A DNA stretch of 61,267 bases, the filler included. It is 15 parts of 15 records of this genome, joined end to end, with 100 filler letters (N's around TTAATTAATTAA, not from the genome) between each part and the next. Parts side by side here need not be neighbours in the genome. Positions count along the whole stretch, not along the records: positions 1 to 3,587 come from SRR15195285_13059; positions 3,688 to 7,029 come from SRR15195285_13064; positions 7,130 to 13,413 come from SRR15195285_13069; 12 more parts are not named here. One strand, given 5' to 3'. Positions 1-10,946 of this stretch are shown piece after piece. Under the pieces are notes generated by a model. That model did no database searches. It was given only the letters and a program-made list of their open reading frames with translations, and was not told the origin of the DNA. Made by a program: the position numbers and the translations under genes. Positions within the stretch are counted from its first letter, which is position 1, and every line of letters starts with the position of its first letter.

Positions 1-403
1 TCATTTTCTTGCCCGTGTGCAGGGTCCTGACTGTATCGGTACCGTGGAGCCATACCGCCGAATATCGATCGAGAGTTAGAAAAGTTCACAGCAAAACAAC
101 CCGTCGGGGAGCTTCTAAGCTATTATACAATACAATCGTAGTAGGACAAGAATTACCGCGCGCTTGCCGAGCTGGCCAGCAGCGAGCGAGACGGACGGCT
201 CCGAAAGCAAGCGCGAGGTCCATCACTTCCTTGTCGTCCTTGTCTGCTCGATCCCCGCCGTCGGTGACGCACGTCTGCGCGCCCCAGCACTGTTCCTACC
301 GCAACTGTCTCCGCTAGAGACAGCGTCCGCCCGCAGGTGTGCTCGCCGAGGTGTGCACGTGCGGAGGTTCGTGTCGGATCAGCTACAGCTAGCCTGAGAC
401 ATC

Positions 404-1730
404 ATGTCGGTATCATTCTTCAAGGCTTCGGGCGGCGCCCCGGGGCAGCCGCGTTCCAGCATGGGCACCGACGGGCGCTTGACGACACCGTTGCTGCCGT
501 CGCAGCAGATGCCCGACGACCAGGGCTTCTTCGCGTCCCCGTCACAGGACCTCTCCGGAAAGCGGCGCTCGAACCTTCACGATCTTTCGTCGCACCCCGC
601 GCTGAAGTCGATGGTCGCGGCGACGCCGCAGGCTCAGAGCAAGATCGACTCGATCATCCACCCGCCGGATGGGCCGGACGTCAAGCGCCGACGCGCAGCA
701 ACATCAGAGCCCGCGCCAGAGAATAAGTCTGTGCGCGCCGTCACCTTCAACGACGCGAGCAATATCGCGCACTCGCCTGAGGCGGCCGCGATGCTGCAGT
801 CGCATCTTCTGCCTTCTCACGCCGGGTATGCCCTGCCCCGTCCTCCGTTCTGTCTGTGATGAATATGCTGGGTGCAAATGCCCGTGCCCTGTGTACGCTC
901 TGACTGCGAAGTGATGCTGGTCTTCGTTGCGCTAGTGTGTACACCGTCCCGGAATCTGACGAGGAGGAAGGCACAGGGATGTCGCGTGCCGAGCCCGCGG
1001 AGGTACAGCACGCTGACGAAGAGAACGACCACGGAAAGCCGTCTGCAAGCCCGCAGTCGCCAATGGACACGCCAATCGGCATGGAATCCGAAGACAGTGC
1101 GATCCCGGCGATCAACTTCGGCGCCGGAATCCTGAACACGTCCGATTCTGGGATGTCGCCTGATGACAAACAGGAGGAGCAAGCGGAAGCAGACACGCAG
1201 GTCTCACAGCAGGAACAGGACTTCCAGCAGAAAACACTTTTGCAGTCGCAGCACGCACAGAAAGGTGAACTTGAGCAGGAGCTTGAGGAAGATGATATTG
1301 ACATGGTCGAAGATGCGGACGATCAGCAAGGCACTATGCTCTCTGAGAACGCGGTCAAGGCAATGCCCCAAGCGGCGAAACTGCACGCGGACTCGATGGA
1401 AAAGATGGTCACCGGAGGGCAGGATGCCGGTCAGGCAATCTGTTCCATTGTTCAAGACATGTACTCAGCAATTCTGTTATCTCTCACAAAATATGCAGAG
1501 GAGGTATCTCAGAAAGCCATCGCTATCGGAGACGAGCGGGCAAACCAGAGCAATCAGCAGTCGCAGATTGACCAGGCCTACGAACAGACCTCACACATGG
1601 CAGGACTAATGCAGGTACGTCGTGATATCACTCAGCAATTCTACGCGCATGTGCAGGCCTGCAAATTTCTCACCAACTGCTGTACGTTGCGCATGGCTGC
1701 TGGGCGCAGGCCGTCACTGGGCGCCCCTGA
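404..1730 (+). CDS. Hypothetical low-complexity/acidic protein, 3 exons (404-825, 936-1614, 1710-1730)
   Basis: GT-AG introns 826-935 and 1615-1709 join ORFs 404 and 937 in frame and end at TGA 1728-1730. Acidic, Q-rich middle and a helical C-terminus; family not recognised. Confidence 0.6.
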
Positions 1731-2132
1731 AATGATTCTTGTAGTCAGCCTGCGCTGAACAGGAGGCTCGCGCAGCTGGCTGACAATCAGTTTCTGTCTA
1801 GGACAAGCTGCTCCGGAGCTGGCCAAGGTAAAGCTTAGAGAATTGAACAGAGTTTCAATCCACCTGCTGAGATTGACCGCCAACGCCAGTAGGCGCATGG
1901 ACCGCACTGAACGCTGCGTAAACTCGAACGTCATGACGCGCGACAATGCATTGTGCATGATCGGCAACGTTTGAGCAATCTCATCTCCTGTGTCCGCCAT
2001 TAGCTGCGCATCCGCCCTGTCAACTTCGGCGAGCGCCGATGCAGCTGAGTGTGCCACTCAGTTTGCTTGAGTGTGCCACCCAGGGTCCGCTACCGCCTCG
2101 GGCAGCATCTATCCTTTGTCTATGCTCATATC

Positions 2133-3218
2133 TCAGCGCTGAACGGGCTTTGTCGCCGCCTTGATCGCTTCAAAGACCCGTGCCTTTGTCGAGCTGCTAT
2201 TGATCCGCCAGTCTACGGGTGGACTCTGGAAACCAGCGACGTCCGAGACACCCCAGCCGCAGTGAGACTGCAGCGATAGCTCCAGAGCTTCCAGATCCGT
2301 GCCGCATTCGATCGCTTCGATCGGGATGCGGTGTGCCTTCCAGCCGCTGTTATTGCGGATGGATGCGTAAAACAAGTGCAGTGCGTCCCCGCTTGTTGCT
2401 GGCGGCTCTGTGAGTATAATGTCCGAGGCAGCTAAGACTGAGGGTGTTGGCATACCGCACGGATTAGTGCCCACTGGAATGGTGTTGTTGGAGAGCGACC
2501 GTGCCCACCGCACTGTCTCGCCGACCAGCGGGTCGGCCTTGAGAAAGTCTGGGTATGGTTTGCAAGAGTACTCGTTTGCAAGATCTATGATGACGTTGCG
2601 GTAGCCTGTGCGCAGCAAGAACGTGACGACGTTCTTGATCGCAGTGCGTATGGCGACGCTGTCGCGTAGCCGCACAATCTGCGAGTAGTAGAAGAGGTTG
2701 AGGATGACCACCATGCCCGCGCTGTCAGTTGCGTCGAGAATCTTCTCCAGGCGCCCAATCCAGGGGCTGTCGAGCGATCCATCAGGGCGAAAAGCCGACA
2801 CAGACGGCCAAAACCGTGCGTCGTGACTATCGTCACACTGGAGCTTGCTGGTGGACCTGTCCGATTCGCAAGCGCTACCTCCTTGCATTCCAACGGTGAC
2901 CGCATTCAGGCCGTGCTGCGAGTATGATGGCACTGCTGCAACGAACTCGTCCACGTTGCGGGTGGCGTTCCATACCCCGGTGTCGCTGTACGCCCACCAC
3001 CTTGCAGTGGTTGCGTTGGCGTCATCAAATATCGCCTGAACCATGCGTGCGTTCAGCAGCAGCCCCTCGGCGCGGCTTCCAGGATTTGTCGGTTGACCGT
3101 TGATGTGCACGAGCTCTCCTTCAATCGACACGCTCGTCCGCGCAGCTGTTGCGGCTGGGTGGATGATTTGCAGAACCAAAGTCGCGAGCAGTAGCTGCAC
3201 ACCAACTTTGCACCGCAT
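2133..3218 (-). CDS. Secreted glycoside hydrolase, clan GH-A/GH5-like TIM barrel, intronless
   Basis: ATG 3218 followed by a signal peptide (MRCKVGVQLLLATLVLQIIHPAATA). Also GLNAVTVGMQG, GMVVILNLFY, acid/base motif IIDLANE and a candidate nucleophile in PIEAIE. Confidence 0.75.
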   Translation of the reverse strand: MRCKVGVQLLLATLVLQIIHPAATAARTSVSIEGELVHINGQPTNPGSRAEGLLLNARMVQAIFDDANATTARWWAYSDTGVWNATRNVDEFVAAVPSYSQHGLNAVTVGMQGGSACESDRSTSKLQCDDSHDARFWPSVSAFRPDGSLDSPWIGRLEKILDATDSAGMVVILNLFYYSQIVRLRDSVAIRTAIKNVVTFLLRTGYRNVIIDLANEYSCKPYPDFLKADPLVGETVRWARSLSNNTIPVGTNPCGMPTPSVLAASDIILTEPPATSGDALHLFYASIRNNSGWKAHRIPIEAIECGTDLEALELSLQSHCGWGVSDVAGFQSPPVDWRINSSSTKARVFEAIKAATKPVQR

Positions 3219-3587
3219 AGCGCTGCTCACTTCAAGCCGCCGGCCGCGTGGATCGCCCAAGGCTTGAGAACTGTGACTTGGGGATCTCTCTGCACGGATC
3301 TCTAGGCCGTCTTCCCGCGCCCTGCGTCTTGCACAGCGAGCCCTGTCAGTCGGCCCTTGCTGCGTGCGTGGGGCCCGCGTATACGTATTCCTTACGTACG
3401 GCAGGGCGCCGCGGTTCTACAGGGTATATATCACGAACGCACCGGCGCACGCGGACGGACCCGGCCGCGCCGCGGCGCGCGCGCGCTTCGGTTACTAGTA
3501 CTAGTACGGTAAACCGTCAGGCAGCGAGTGCCTGCCCTCCTCAGTACCCAGGTTGTATGAGCTCAAATTGACTCAGACCGCGCCACG

Positions 3588-3687
3588 NNNNNNNNNNNNN
3601 NNNNNNNNNNNNNNNNNNNNNNNNNNNNNNNTTAATTAATTAANNNNNNNNNNNNNNNNNNNNNNNNNNNNNNNNNNNNNNNNNNNN
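3588..3687. other. Artificial contig-joining linker (first of 14)
   Basis: 44N + TTAATTAATTAA + 44N. Identical copies start at 7030, 13414, 16993, 21504, 26419, 29524, 33800, 39060, 42851, 46404, 49506, 53098 and 57344. Confidence 0.98.
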
Positions 3688-4021
3688 TCCTTTCTTCGCC
3701 TTGCTCGACGACCTCGGTCTGTCGATGCCCGCCTTGCGCCCCAAAAGGCTTGCCTTGCGCCCCACGGTGGCCCCCTTAGTGCCCACCCTAGCCCCGCACC
3801 CTGGGCGTAGTTCGGTGCAGCGCAACGAGGGCTTTCCATCGAGCCACTGCGCGTCTGCAGCGGATCGCGTTGACACGTGGCGGCAGCAGCAACACTTCGG
3901 TTGTTTTGTGGGGGCACGAGCGATCTGTGGCCCCTTGCGGTTGCGTTGCGAGCACAACGCACTTAGGACGTCCGGCTCTGTCTATCTGGCTTTCCCTCCG
4001 TCTGTCTGTGTGGCTGGCTGG

Positions 4022-4695
4022 ATGGAGGGATGGAGGATCCTCAACGGGATCGTGCTCTTGTATGCCAAGCCGCAGCAACGTTAGCTCCATTTGTGACCCC
4101 TTGCGGCACAGGCTGCTTGCTCCGGTGGCTGCCTGAGCTCTGGGTCGGCTTGCTCGATGCTCCAGTCGCTCCAGCTGGCTAGGCTTGCTTTCAGCTAGCT
4201 GCCTAGCAACAGTTTACTGCAGCTAGTCCGGCGGCGCGCCGCGGAACCGGCGGCGTGCACACGGCTCTGAAGATGCCACGTGGCCATCTGTGCGTGTGTC
4301 TGACCGCTCTATGCGGGTGTGGTGCGTGCGTGCAACTCGGCCTGGGACCGGCTATGTTGTGCTGTGTGTGTGACCGCGTGTCTGATTGGGTGACCGGGCG
4401 GCATGGGATGATCCGGTCCTCAGCTTCCAGACCATCTTCGATGTGAGTCGCCCGGCCTCGCGCGCCTCGATGCAGCGTGTTGCGAACCCGTGTCTTAGCG
4501 TGCCGCTTGCCTCCCCAGGACAATGCGTACAAGGGTGCCACGACCGGTAAGATCGGCGGTGGCGGCGGCGGCGGTGGCGGCGGAGGTGGCGGCGGAGGCG
4601 GAGGCAATCCGAACCGGCGTACGGGGATCGATGGGATGGACCGGCTGAGACGAGCCGGCGGTGGTGCGACGATGCGTGCCGGCTGAGGCCGGTAA
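4022..4695 (+). CDS. SELENOK: Selenoprotein K (SelK/SelG family), 3 exons (4022-4059, 4424-4442, 4519-4695), Sec encoded by TGA 4684-4686
   Basis: Spliced product MEGWRILNGIVLFFQTIFDDNAYKGATTGKI-(G)n-NPNRRTGIDGMDRLRRAGGGATMRAG-U-GR-stop. It has an N-terminal hydrophobic helix, a Gly/Arg-rich tail and the SelK C-terminal GUGR* signature, with a SECIS downstream. The start codon is less certain. Confidence 0.88.
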
Positions 4696-4828
4696 GCGCA
4701 CCGTACGTCTGCAGGACGTGCGGTGCAAGCAGCCCTAGGTTCCTCCCAAGGCGTGCCGGGCGCCCTCCGTGTGTGCGTGGTAACGGTTGCCATAGTTGTG
4801 GCTTCGGTTTCCGCGTGCACCGGGTGGG

Positions 4829-4910
4829 CGTTCGGCCGCCAATGATGCTGTGTCAGCAGGCTACGCTCGTACATACGAGAGCGTGCACACGGCGGACGGG
4901 TGGATGAACG
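4829..4910 (+). promoter_or_regulatory. SECIS element in the SelK 3'UTR
   Basis: Helix I: CGTTC/GAACG and CCGCC/GGTGG. Core ATGAT (4842-4846) opposite GGAC (4894-4897). Helix II: GCTGTGT/ACACGGC. Apical mini-helix: ACGCTC/GAGCGT. Confidence 0.8.
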
Positions 4911-4959
4911 TGGGCAGGTTGCGAGGAGCAGAAGAGAGCACGCACGGGTCATGTTGTAT

Positions 4960-6538
4960 TCAGAACATCGAATCCAGTGCGTCGCTATCTGCTGGCTCGC
5001 TGGCGCCCATGGCGCCGCCCTCATCGTCGCTGCTGTCTGCCCAGTCGTCCGAGTCATCGCCGCCTACTTCTTCAACTGCCAGCGTCTCCGCCTGTGCCAC
5101 AAACAACCACAAGCCGATGCACAAGCATGAGTGAACGTACACGATGGGCGCATGTAAAACTGTTTTGTTGTGCGGGGCTGTGCCGCGAGAGCAGCTGCAG
5201 GCTGTAGACGCCTCGCGCTGCAGATCCAGGAGAGCGCTGCTTGGTGCCAACACAAGCGCGAGCTACGGTAGGCCCAACAGTTATCCACTCACGATCTCTG
5301 GCATTGGGAATCGTAGTAGTGCCGCAACGCCAGATATGTTCTTCAGCTGCGTTCCGGAAAGGTGCATCGACGAAAATACGAACACCCGCCCACCTGCCGC
5401 CTCCACCTCCTCGGTCATCTGCACCCACTGTTGCCGCACCACTACATCTGTGTTTCGGAAAAGCTCGTCAAGAATGAGCAAGGTGTGTATTGCTCCCATC
5501 TCCGCTGCCTTCCTAACGTGGACTGGACCATAGTAAGCTCTGTCGGGGTCCTCACCCATCATGGTGTTGAAATCGGCAAGCGCCTGCACCTCGCCTGCGG
5601 CTTTCGTGTCGGCCAGCTGTGCCGCCACGCCGGGATCAGCCAGCGCCTCTTGGAGCGAGTGCTTGTAGCCGGATGAGGCATGGCAGCAGAGGAACTTGGA
5701 CTTGTGCTCGATAATGTCCCGGGCGTCCTGGCGCACACTCTCCGCGAGGCAGTGCTCAAGGAACTCATCCTTGACGAAGCCAGGGGAGGCCAGCACCACA
5801 CACTTGATCTTCTCAAAATCGATGTGCTGCCGCATCGCGGCGTACGTTTTTTCGTAGAATGCGCCCATCGCCTTGTCGTGCCCGAAAATCGCGGCTTTGC
5901 CCTGTGTCAGCGAGCCGGATAGCCAGCACCCAGGCTGACTCAGCGGCGAGCAAACAGCTAGCTAGGCCGAAAGCCCCAAGGCAGTGGGATGGTGTGACGA
6001 CGCAGGACGAAGTGGAACACACCTTGCGCGGCACGGACTGCTCGACCTTCTGCCGCACATGCGTCATCGCTGACGTGACGAGGCAGATATGCGCCAAGCC
6101 CTCCTGCATGACCACCGCGGCAAGCTCTGCTTTGGCAGTCGGATCGGCGGCCTCTCGCAACACCTCGATGTGCATGGCGTCGAAGCACTGCTTCGTCAGC
6201 GTGAACTTGCAATTCTTCTCCAGCTCAATCGTGTGGTACGACCCGAGCTTGACGTGCGGATTCTCGAGGATGTTTTTGCCGCGCAACCTCAGCTTGCAGG
6301 ACACCGCATCAAAATCGACGTGCTCGACCACCACCTCCAGCGTCACCCGCACGCGCTGACTGTCGGTTCCGCCAGACGCGGTCTCGTGCTGAACCTTGCG
6401 CACGGTCGGTGCCTTGATACGGTCGCCCGCGTCGCCCGAGACAAGGTTAAACACATGCCACATATCCTCGTCCTCGTCCGGCAGCAGCGTCACTGTCCCA
6501 CCGCCATCCTTCTCGAAGCTCCTCTTCAGGATCTTCAT
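4960..6538 (-). CDS. PELO: Protein pelota (Dom34), ribosome rescue factor; exons 6538-6023, 5901-5293, 5091-4960
   Basis: Motifs EDMWHVFNL, VKLGSYHTIEL, AAVVMQEGLAHIC, ASPGFVKD, RAYYG, FSSMHLSGTQL and GVAALLRFP, plus an acidic tail. GT-AG introns 5902-6022 and 5092-5292 restore the frame. Confidence 0.95.
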
Positions 6539-7000
6539 CGCGCTGCACTCGAGCCCAAAAAAAGAAACTCGCCAGCCAATCCAACCGTACAACACTGTTC
6601 TTCGCCCCACGCTGTTTTCGAGAGAGTATGGCCGCAATATCAAGGCGCGTTCTGAGAGACCCGTCGCCTGAAATCCGACGCCGTAGAGAGTGTGAGGCGG
6701 ATTAACTGACCATTCAGCCCCGATCAGCCGCGAGGCATCGCGCCGCGACCCGCCGCGCGAGCGCAACGAACGCGAACGAATGCGCGGACGCCGGACGACG
6801 TCGTCCGCGCGCGCGTCTGCGCATGGCCATGCATGCGTGCGCGCGCATACGCACATGCATGCAGCGCGCGCCGCCATAGATCTATGCAGCTGCATGCGTG
6901 CCGCCGGCCGCCGCGCGGCTGCCGGCGTCGTGCGCTCGTCGGCGTCTTTAATCCACTCACTAGAGATGAGCCATCCTCGACGTTAGCGCGAGGTCACAAC

Positions 7001-7029
7001 TGACACCGGGCATAAGGCCCTTATGCCCG
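7001..7029. repeat. Palindromic dispersed repeat (CGGGCATAAGG..CTTATGCCCG family), truncated at contig end
   Basis: Same core as 42417-42458 and 43533-43569 on other contigs. Confidence 0.75.
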
Positions 7030-7298
7030 NNNNNNNNNNNNNNNNNNNNNNNNNNNNNNNNNNNNNNNNNNNNTTAATTAATTAANNNNNNNNNNNNNNN
7101 NNNNNNNNNNNNNNNNNNNNNNNNNNNNNTTGGCAGTTGTTTGCACTCCTGCGGGGGTGGTGACCAGGCGGGCGGCCTCCAGGCCGGCGAGTGCGCGCGC
7201 GCGCGCTGTGGCCTGCGCTGCAGTGGTTCGTTTGGGACTGACCTCTGTACCGTCGATATCACCGATCAGGCGGGCCATCTACAGCGAGGATATCAACC

Positions 7299-9625
7299 AT
7301 GAAGGTGCTTGCGATGACACTGGCGCTCGCAGCCAGCTGCAGCTGCTCCAGCTCCGCCTCGGCCGCCGCCTCACCGGCCGGCGCCGCCGCTGTGCCCCTC
7401 TACAAAACCCCAGGCGCACCCGTGAATGACCGTGTAAATGACCTCGTCAAGCGAATGAATATGGAAGAGAAGGTCAACCAGCTCGTGATCCCGTTCGGCT
7501 CCAAGTTCCCGGCAGACTATGCGTCATTTAACAAGAGTGGGCTCGGTGGTACCTATCCACTGAAGGCGCTGCCTGGGCAGACATGGATCGAGACGAGGAA
7601 TGCATGGCAAAAGAACGCCGTGGAGAATACGCGGCTCGGCATCCCGACATCATTCATCGCGGAGACACTCCACTCTGGCTATGCTGGCGGGACGAACTTC
7701 CCGATGCCATGCCTGCAAGGTTCGACTTGGAACCGCCCGATGGTGCAAGCGGCTGCTGCTGTGATTGGCATGGAGGCGGCAGCGAGCGGTATTGACCGAG
7801 GCTTTTCACCCGTGTTGCACTTCTGCACGGATCCGCGTTTCGGGCGTTGTGAAGAATCATTCGGGGAGGTGAGTTCAATCTATCGCCCGTCCGGCTCCCG
7901 GATCGTTGCGTTGCGTTGGTTTCTGGTTTCTGGGACAGACTGTCTGTAAGGTCCTCGCCTGACACGCTGCTCGGCAGGACCCGATGCTAATTGCGAGGAT
8001 GGGCGAAGCGGCTGTGACAGGCCTCGCTGGGGTGGGAGGTCCTGGGGCCGCCTCGACATACCTTCCAGAGCCAGACGTGCACATTGCCACGGAGGCGAAG
8101 CACTAAGCCCGGCAGGTAGCTGAGGAAGGCATCACTTTGTTGACAAACAAGGACAAGCGACTGCCACTCGCTGGTCTCGGTTCCACGGTGAAGAAGATCG
8201 CTGTGATCGGTCCAAACGCTGACAACCCACACTCAACGCTTGGTCTATACGGTGCCGAGCCTGGCGAACCAGGTACGGTGACCGTGCTGCAGGCCGCAGC
8301 CGAAGCTGCGAACGCTTCCGGTAATGCCTTCGTCGTCGAATACGAGCATGGTGCGTGCCTTCCTGGCACTCCTGGCTGCTCGTGTGCTAAAACCGGCACT
8401 AAGGGCGGATGGAGCAAGAATTGGTAAGTTTTCACGCTCCTGAAGGCTGTTCAAGCAACGACTGCTTCAATAAATTGTGCTCTGCTTTGATGTGGCAGGG
8501 ACGACACTCCACAAACGCAGACAGTCGGTGACTATGCAATGCCGTGTGATGTCACGGATGAGTCGCACGTGAACAAGGCGGCTGCTGTCGCTGCGAGCGC
8601 CGATCTCACCATCCTCGTGATCGGTGACGGTTCGACTGCCTCCACAGCACAGAACGCGACGCCTTATGAACGGGAGGTTGCGACAGTGGCGAGCATTTTG
8701 ACCGAGACGATCTGGACCCAGCTGGTGCACAGATGCCACTCATGCGAGCCGTGATGAAGGCCAGCAAAAGCGTCATCATTGTCATGATCGGTGGCCGCCC
8801 CATGACCTTTGGTGCGTCTGCTTTGGACGGGCACAACAAGATGTTCACAGATGCGTCGGCTGTTATCGCTGCCTGGCACCCAGGTGAGACAATCAGCGTG
8901 TCTCCCACCCTGCTCCTGATCCACTTCACGTCGCTCCACCTTCGGTTGCGTCGGTTTCTGTAGCAGACTGTCTGTAAGGTCACGATTAGACACGTTGCTA
9001 TGCAGGTGAGGAGGGTGGTCATGCTCTGTGGAACATCCTGAACGGGACTGTCAATCCATCAGGAAAAACCGCACATACTTGGCCTCGCACAGTCGGACAG
9101 GTTCACATGTACGTACCACACTACTTGGAGCAAAAAACACGACCACCGACCTCAAAATTTGCAGACTACGCTCCGGCGACCCCACTTGTACCTTTCGGCT
9201 GGGGATTGAGCTATTCGAACTTCACCTTCTCAAACGTCCAGCTTACCGCCAGCGACGTGCCGAGTTGCACTAGCACAAACTGCACAGTCACGGCTGACGA
9301 CACATTCACCATCTCTTTAGATATTACGAATCACGGGCGCATGGCAGGCAAGACAGTGGTCCAGGTGTATTTCTCGCAGGACCTCTGTTCGCGCGTGCGC
9401 TTCTCGAACATGCTGCTTGGATTCGAAAAGGTGGAAGTGGAAGGAGACACGACGAGCAAAGGTGTCAAAGTGCCGCTAAAGGCTCGTGAGCTCGAGATGT
9501 GGGACAAGGCCGCCAACAAGTACGTGGTCGAGGATGCCGACTACACGCTACAGGTCGGACAGTGGGTGGCCGACCCACGTATGAAGCATGTTGGTATCCA
9601 TGTGCGCGGTAGCGAGTCATTGTAA
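7299..9625 (+). pseudogene. Secreted GH3 beta-glucosidase/xylosidase with Fn3-like C-terminus, disrupted
   Basis: Signal peptide, TRLGIP, ETLHS, DPRFGRCEESFGE|DP, ATEAKH, IAVIGPNAD, GEHFDR, PFGWGLSY. Introns 7869-7977, 8424-8498, 8884-9005. An in-frame TAA at 8104-8106 coincides with loss of the nucleophile-bearing half of the barrel, and there is a frameshift near 8671. Confidence 0.75.
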
Positions 9626-9782
9626 AAGTCTCCAAAAACATGACGCCAAATGTCAGCAGGCTGTGTACACCATTGCCTTGTGCCCACTGTCATCGCATCT
9701 TTCGCGTGCGATCCAGGCTGCACTGATTATATCCAAGAGGAGAGACTCAGACGTATTCATTCGACATCGCGGCACTTGCATC

Positions 9783-10946
9783 CTAACAATCATGGTCAAT
9801 GCACCGCCACTCTGCAGCAAAAGCAATCCCGCCGATCAGCCGCGTTCCCCAAGCTACCCGCAACTCAGACAAACACAGCTCGTCGAAACGATTCCCAGCA
9901 AGCCAGAGAGACGACAGCGCCTGCGTACAGCGTGGCAGCACATCCGCAATTCTGCGTGCAAACGAAGAGTCCATGCCGCAATTCGTCAGCCGAAGCTCTC
10001 GTAGCACAGGCAACGAAGGCAGCGCCTCTATGAGCGCTAGCCATCCGTATTCCGTCACCAGACTGTTCTCGTCGAGGGCAAGCGTCCGTAGAGACGTCAG
10101 CCGTGGCAACTCCGCCGCCAGCGAAATCATACCGTCGTCGATGAAGCCAGTGCGCTCCAACTCCAGCTGCTGCAAAGTGTGCGGCAGAGACCGTGCTAGC
10201 AGTGCTGTTGAGCCCGAGCCCAAAACTGGATTATGGCTCAGACTCAGCCGCTTCAACCTCCCGCATACGTGTCCAGAACACATTGTGGCCAGAATCGGCT
10301 CCAGTGCGATCGCACTCGTCAGTTCGCAACCATTCAGGCACAGATCTACGATGGCCGGCGACTCCGGCGGCATGACCTGCAGCGCTGCACCTAGCACGCG
10401 TGCGCCATCGTCGCCGAGCTTGAGGAAGTCTAGATTAAGAGTACCTGGTGGACGCTGCTCTCCATACTCTTCGAAGCCGTCCTTCGCAGCCAACAGCGCC
10501 GTGCTGATAGCAGTCAGCACTCGCGCGCGCTCGTCCTCATCAGCCTCATAGCCCGACATTCCATCCCGCCGCGGTACTTGAGTCCGTGCCAGGCACAGTC
10601 CATAGGCAGCGCTGCCGCCGACGATGCTTCGCCAAGCACGGTTGACTTGAGCGCAAGTACTCAAGAAGCGCAGCAGATCATCATGCTGCGTGGCGTCGAG
10701 CAAGATCTTAGCCAGCACTCCCTCGTGAAAGCCAACGAAAAGATCTTTGAATGTGATCTGCTGACGGTATGGTGTCTCAATGGACTGTCCCTTGGATGTG
10801 TACACATCCATCGTTCGTCCCAGCTTCGGCGAGTCCAGGGGCGTCACAGGGCCAGTACCCGCCCAACAGCGCAGCGGGCGCAAAACCACCGGTGAATGCA
10901 TACTGGTACGGCGGGCTGACCTCACACAACGGCACCGACATTCCAC
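9783..10946 (-). CDS. RNI-like leucine-rich repeat protein with an F-box-like N-terminal segment
   Basis: FHEGVLAKIL...CAQVNRAWR (F-box-like). Repeats LNLDFLKLGDDGA, LKRLSLSHN, LQQLELERT, LRTLALDEN, LRELRLTNC, LSSLWLAGN. Likely start is ATG 10811. Confidence 0.8.
   Translation of the reverse strand: MECRCRCVRSARRTSMHSPVVLRPLRCWAGTGPVTPLDSPKLGRTMDVYTSKGQSIETPYRQQITFKDLFVGFHEGVLAKILLDATQHDDLLRFLSTCAQVNRAWRSIVGGSAAYGLCLARTQVPRRDGMSGYEADEDERARVLTAISTALLAAKDGFEEYGEQRPPGTLNLDFLKLGDDGARVLGAALQVMPPESPAIVDLCLNGCELTSAIALEPILATMCSGHVCGRLKRLSLSHNPVLGSGSTALLARSLPHTLQQLELERTGFIDDGMISLAAELPRLTSLRTLALDENSLVTEYGWLALIEALPSLPVLRELRLTNCGMDSSFARRIADVLPRCTQALSSLWLAGNRFDELCLSELRVAWGTRLIGGIAFAAEWRCIDHDC

Noticed and set aside
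1641-2057. 138-aa minus-strand ORF between convergent genes
   Set aside because: Starts at GTG, overlaps the 3' end of the 404-1730 gene and has no recognisable motif.
4203-5057. 284-aa poly-proline ORF on the minus strand
   Set aside because: Antisense shadow of the SelK poly-Gly exon.
5813-6895. Pelota with a 119-aa N-terminal extension and split into two genes
   Set aside because: The conserved start is ATG 6538, and the apparent split is intron 5902-6022.
8104-8106. In-frame TAA as evidence of stop-codon reassignment
   Set aside because: TAA terminates other genes here (SelK, the GH3 end, the LigB-like gene), and this TAA coincides with a large deletion junction.
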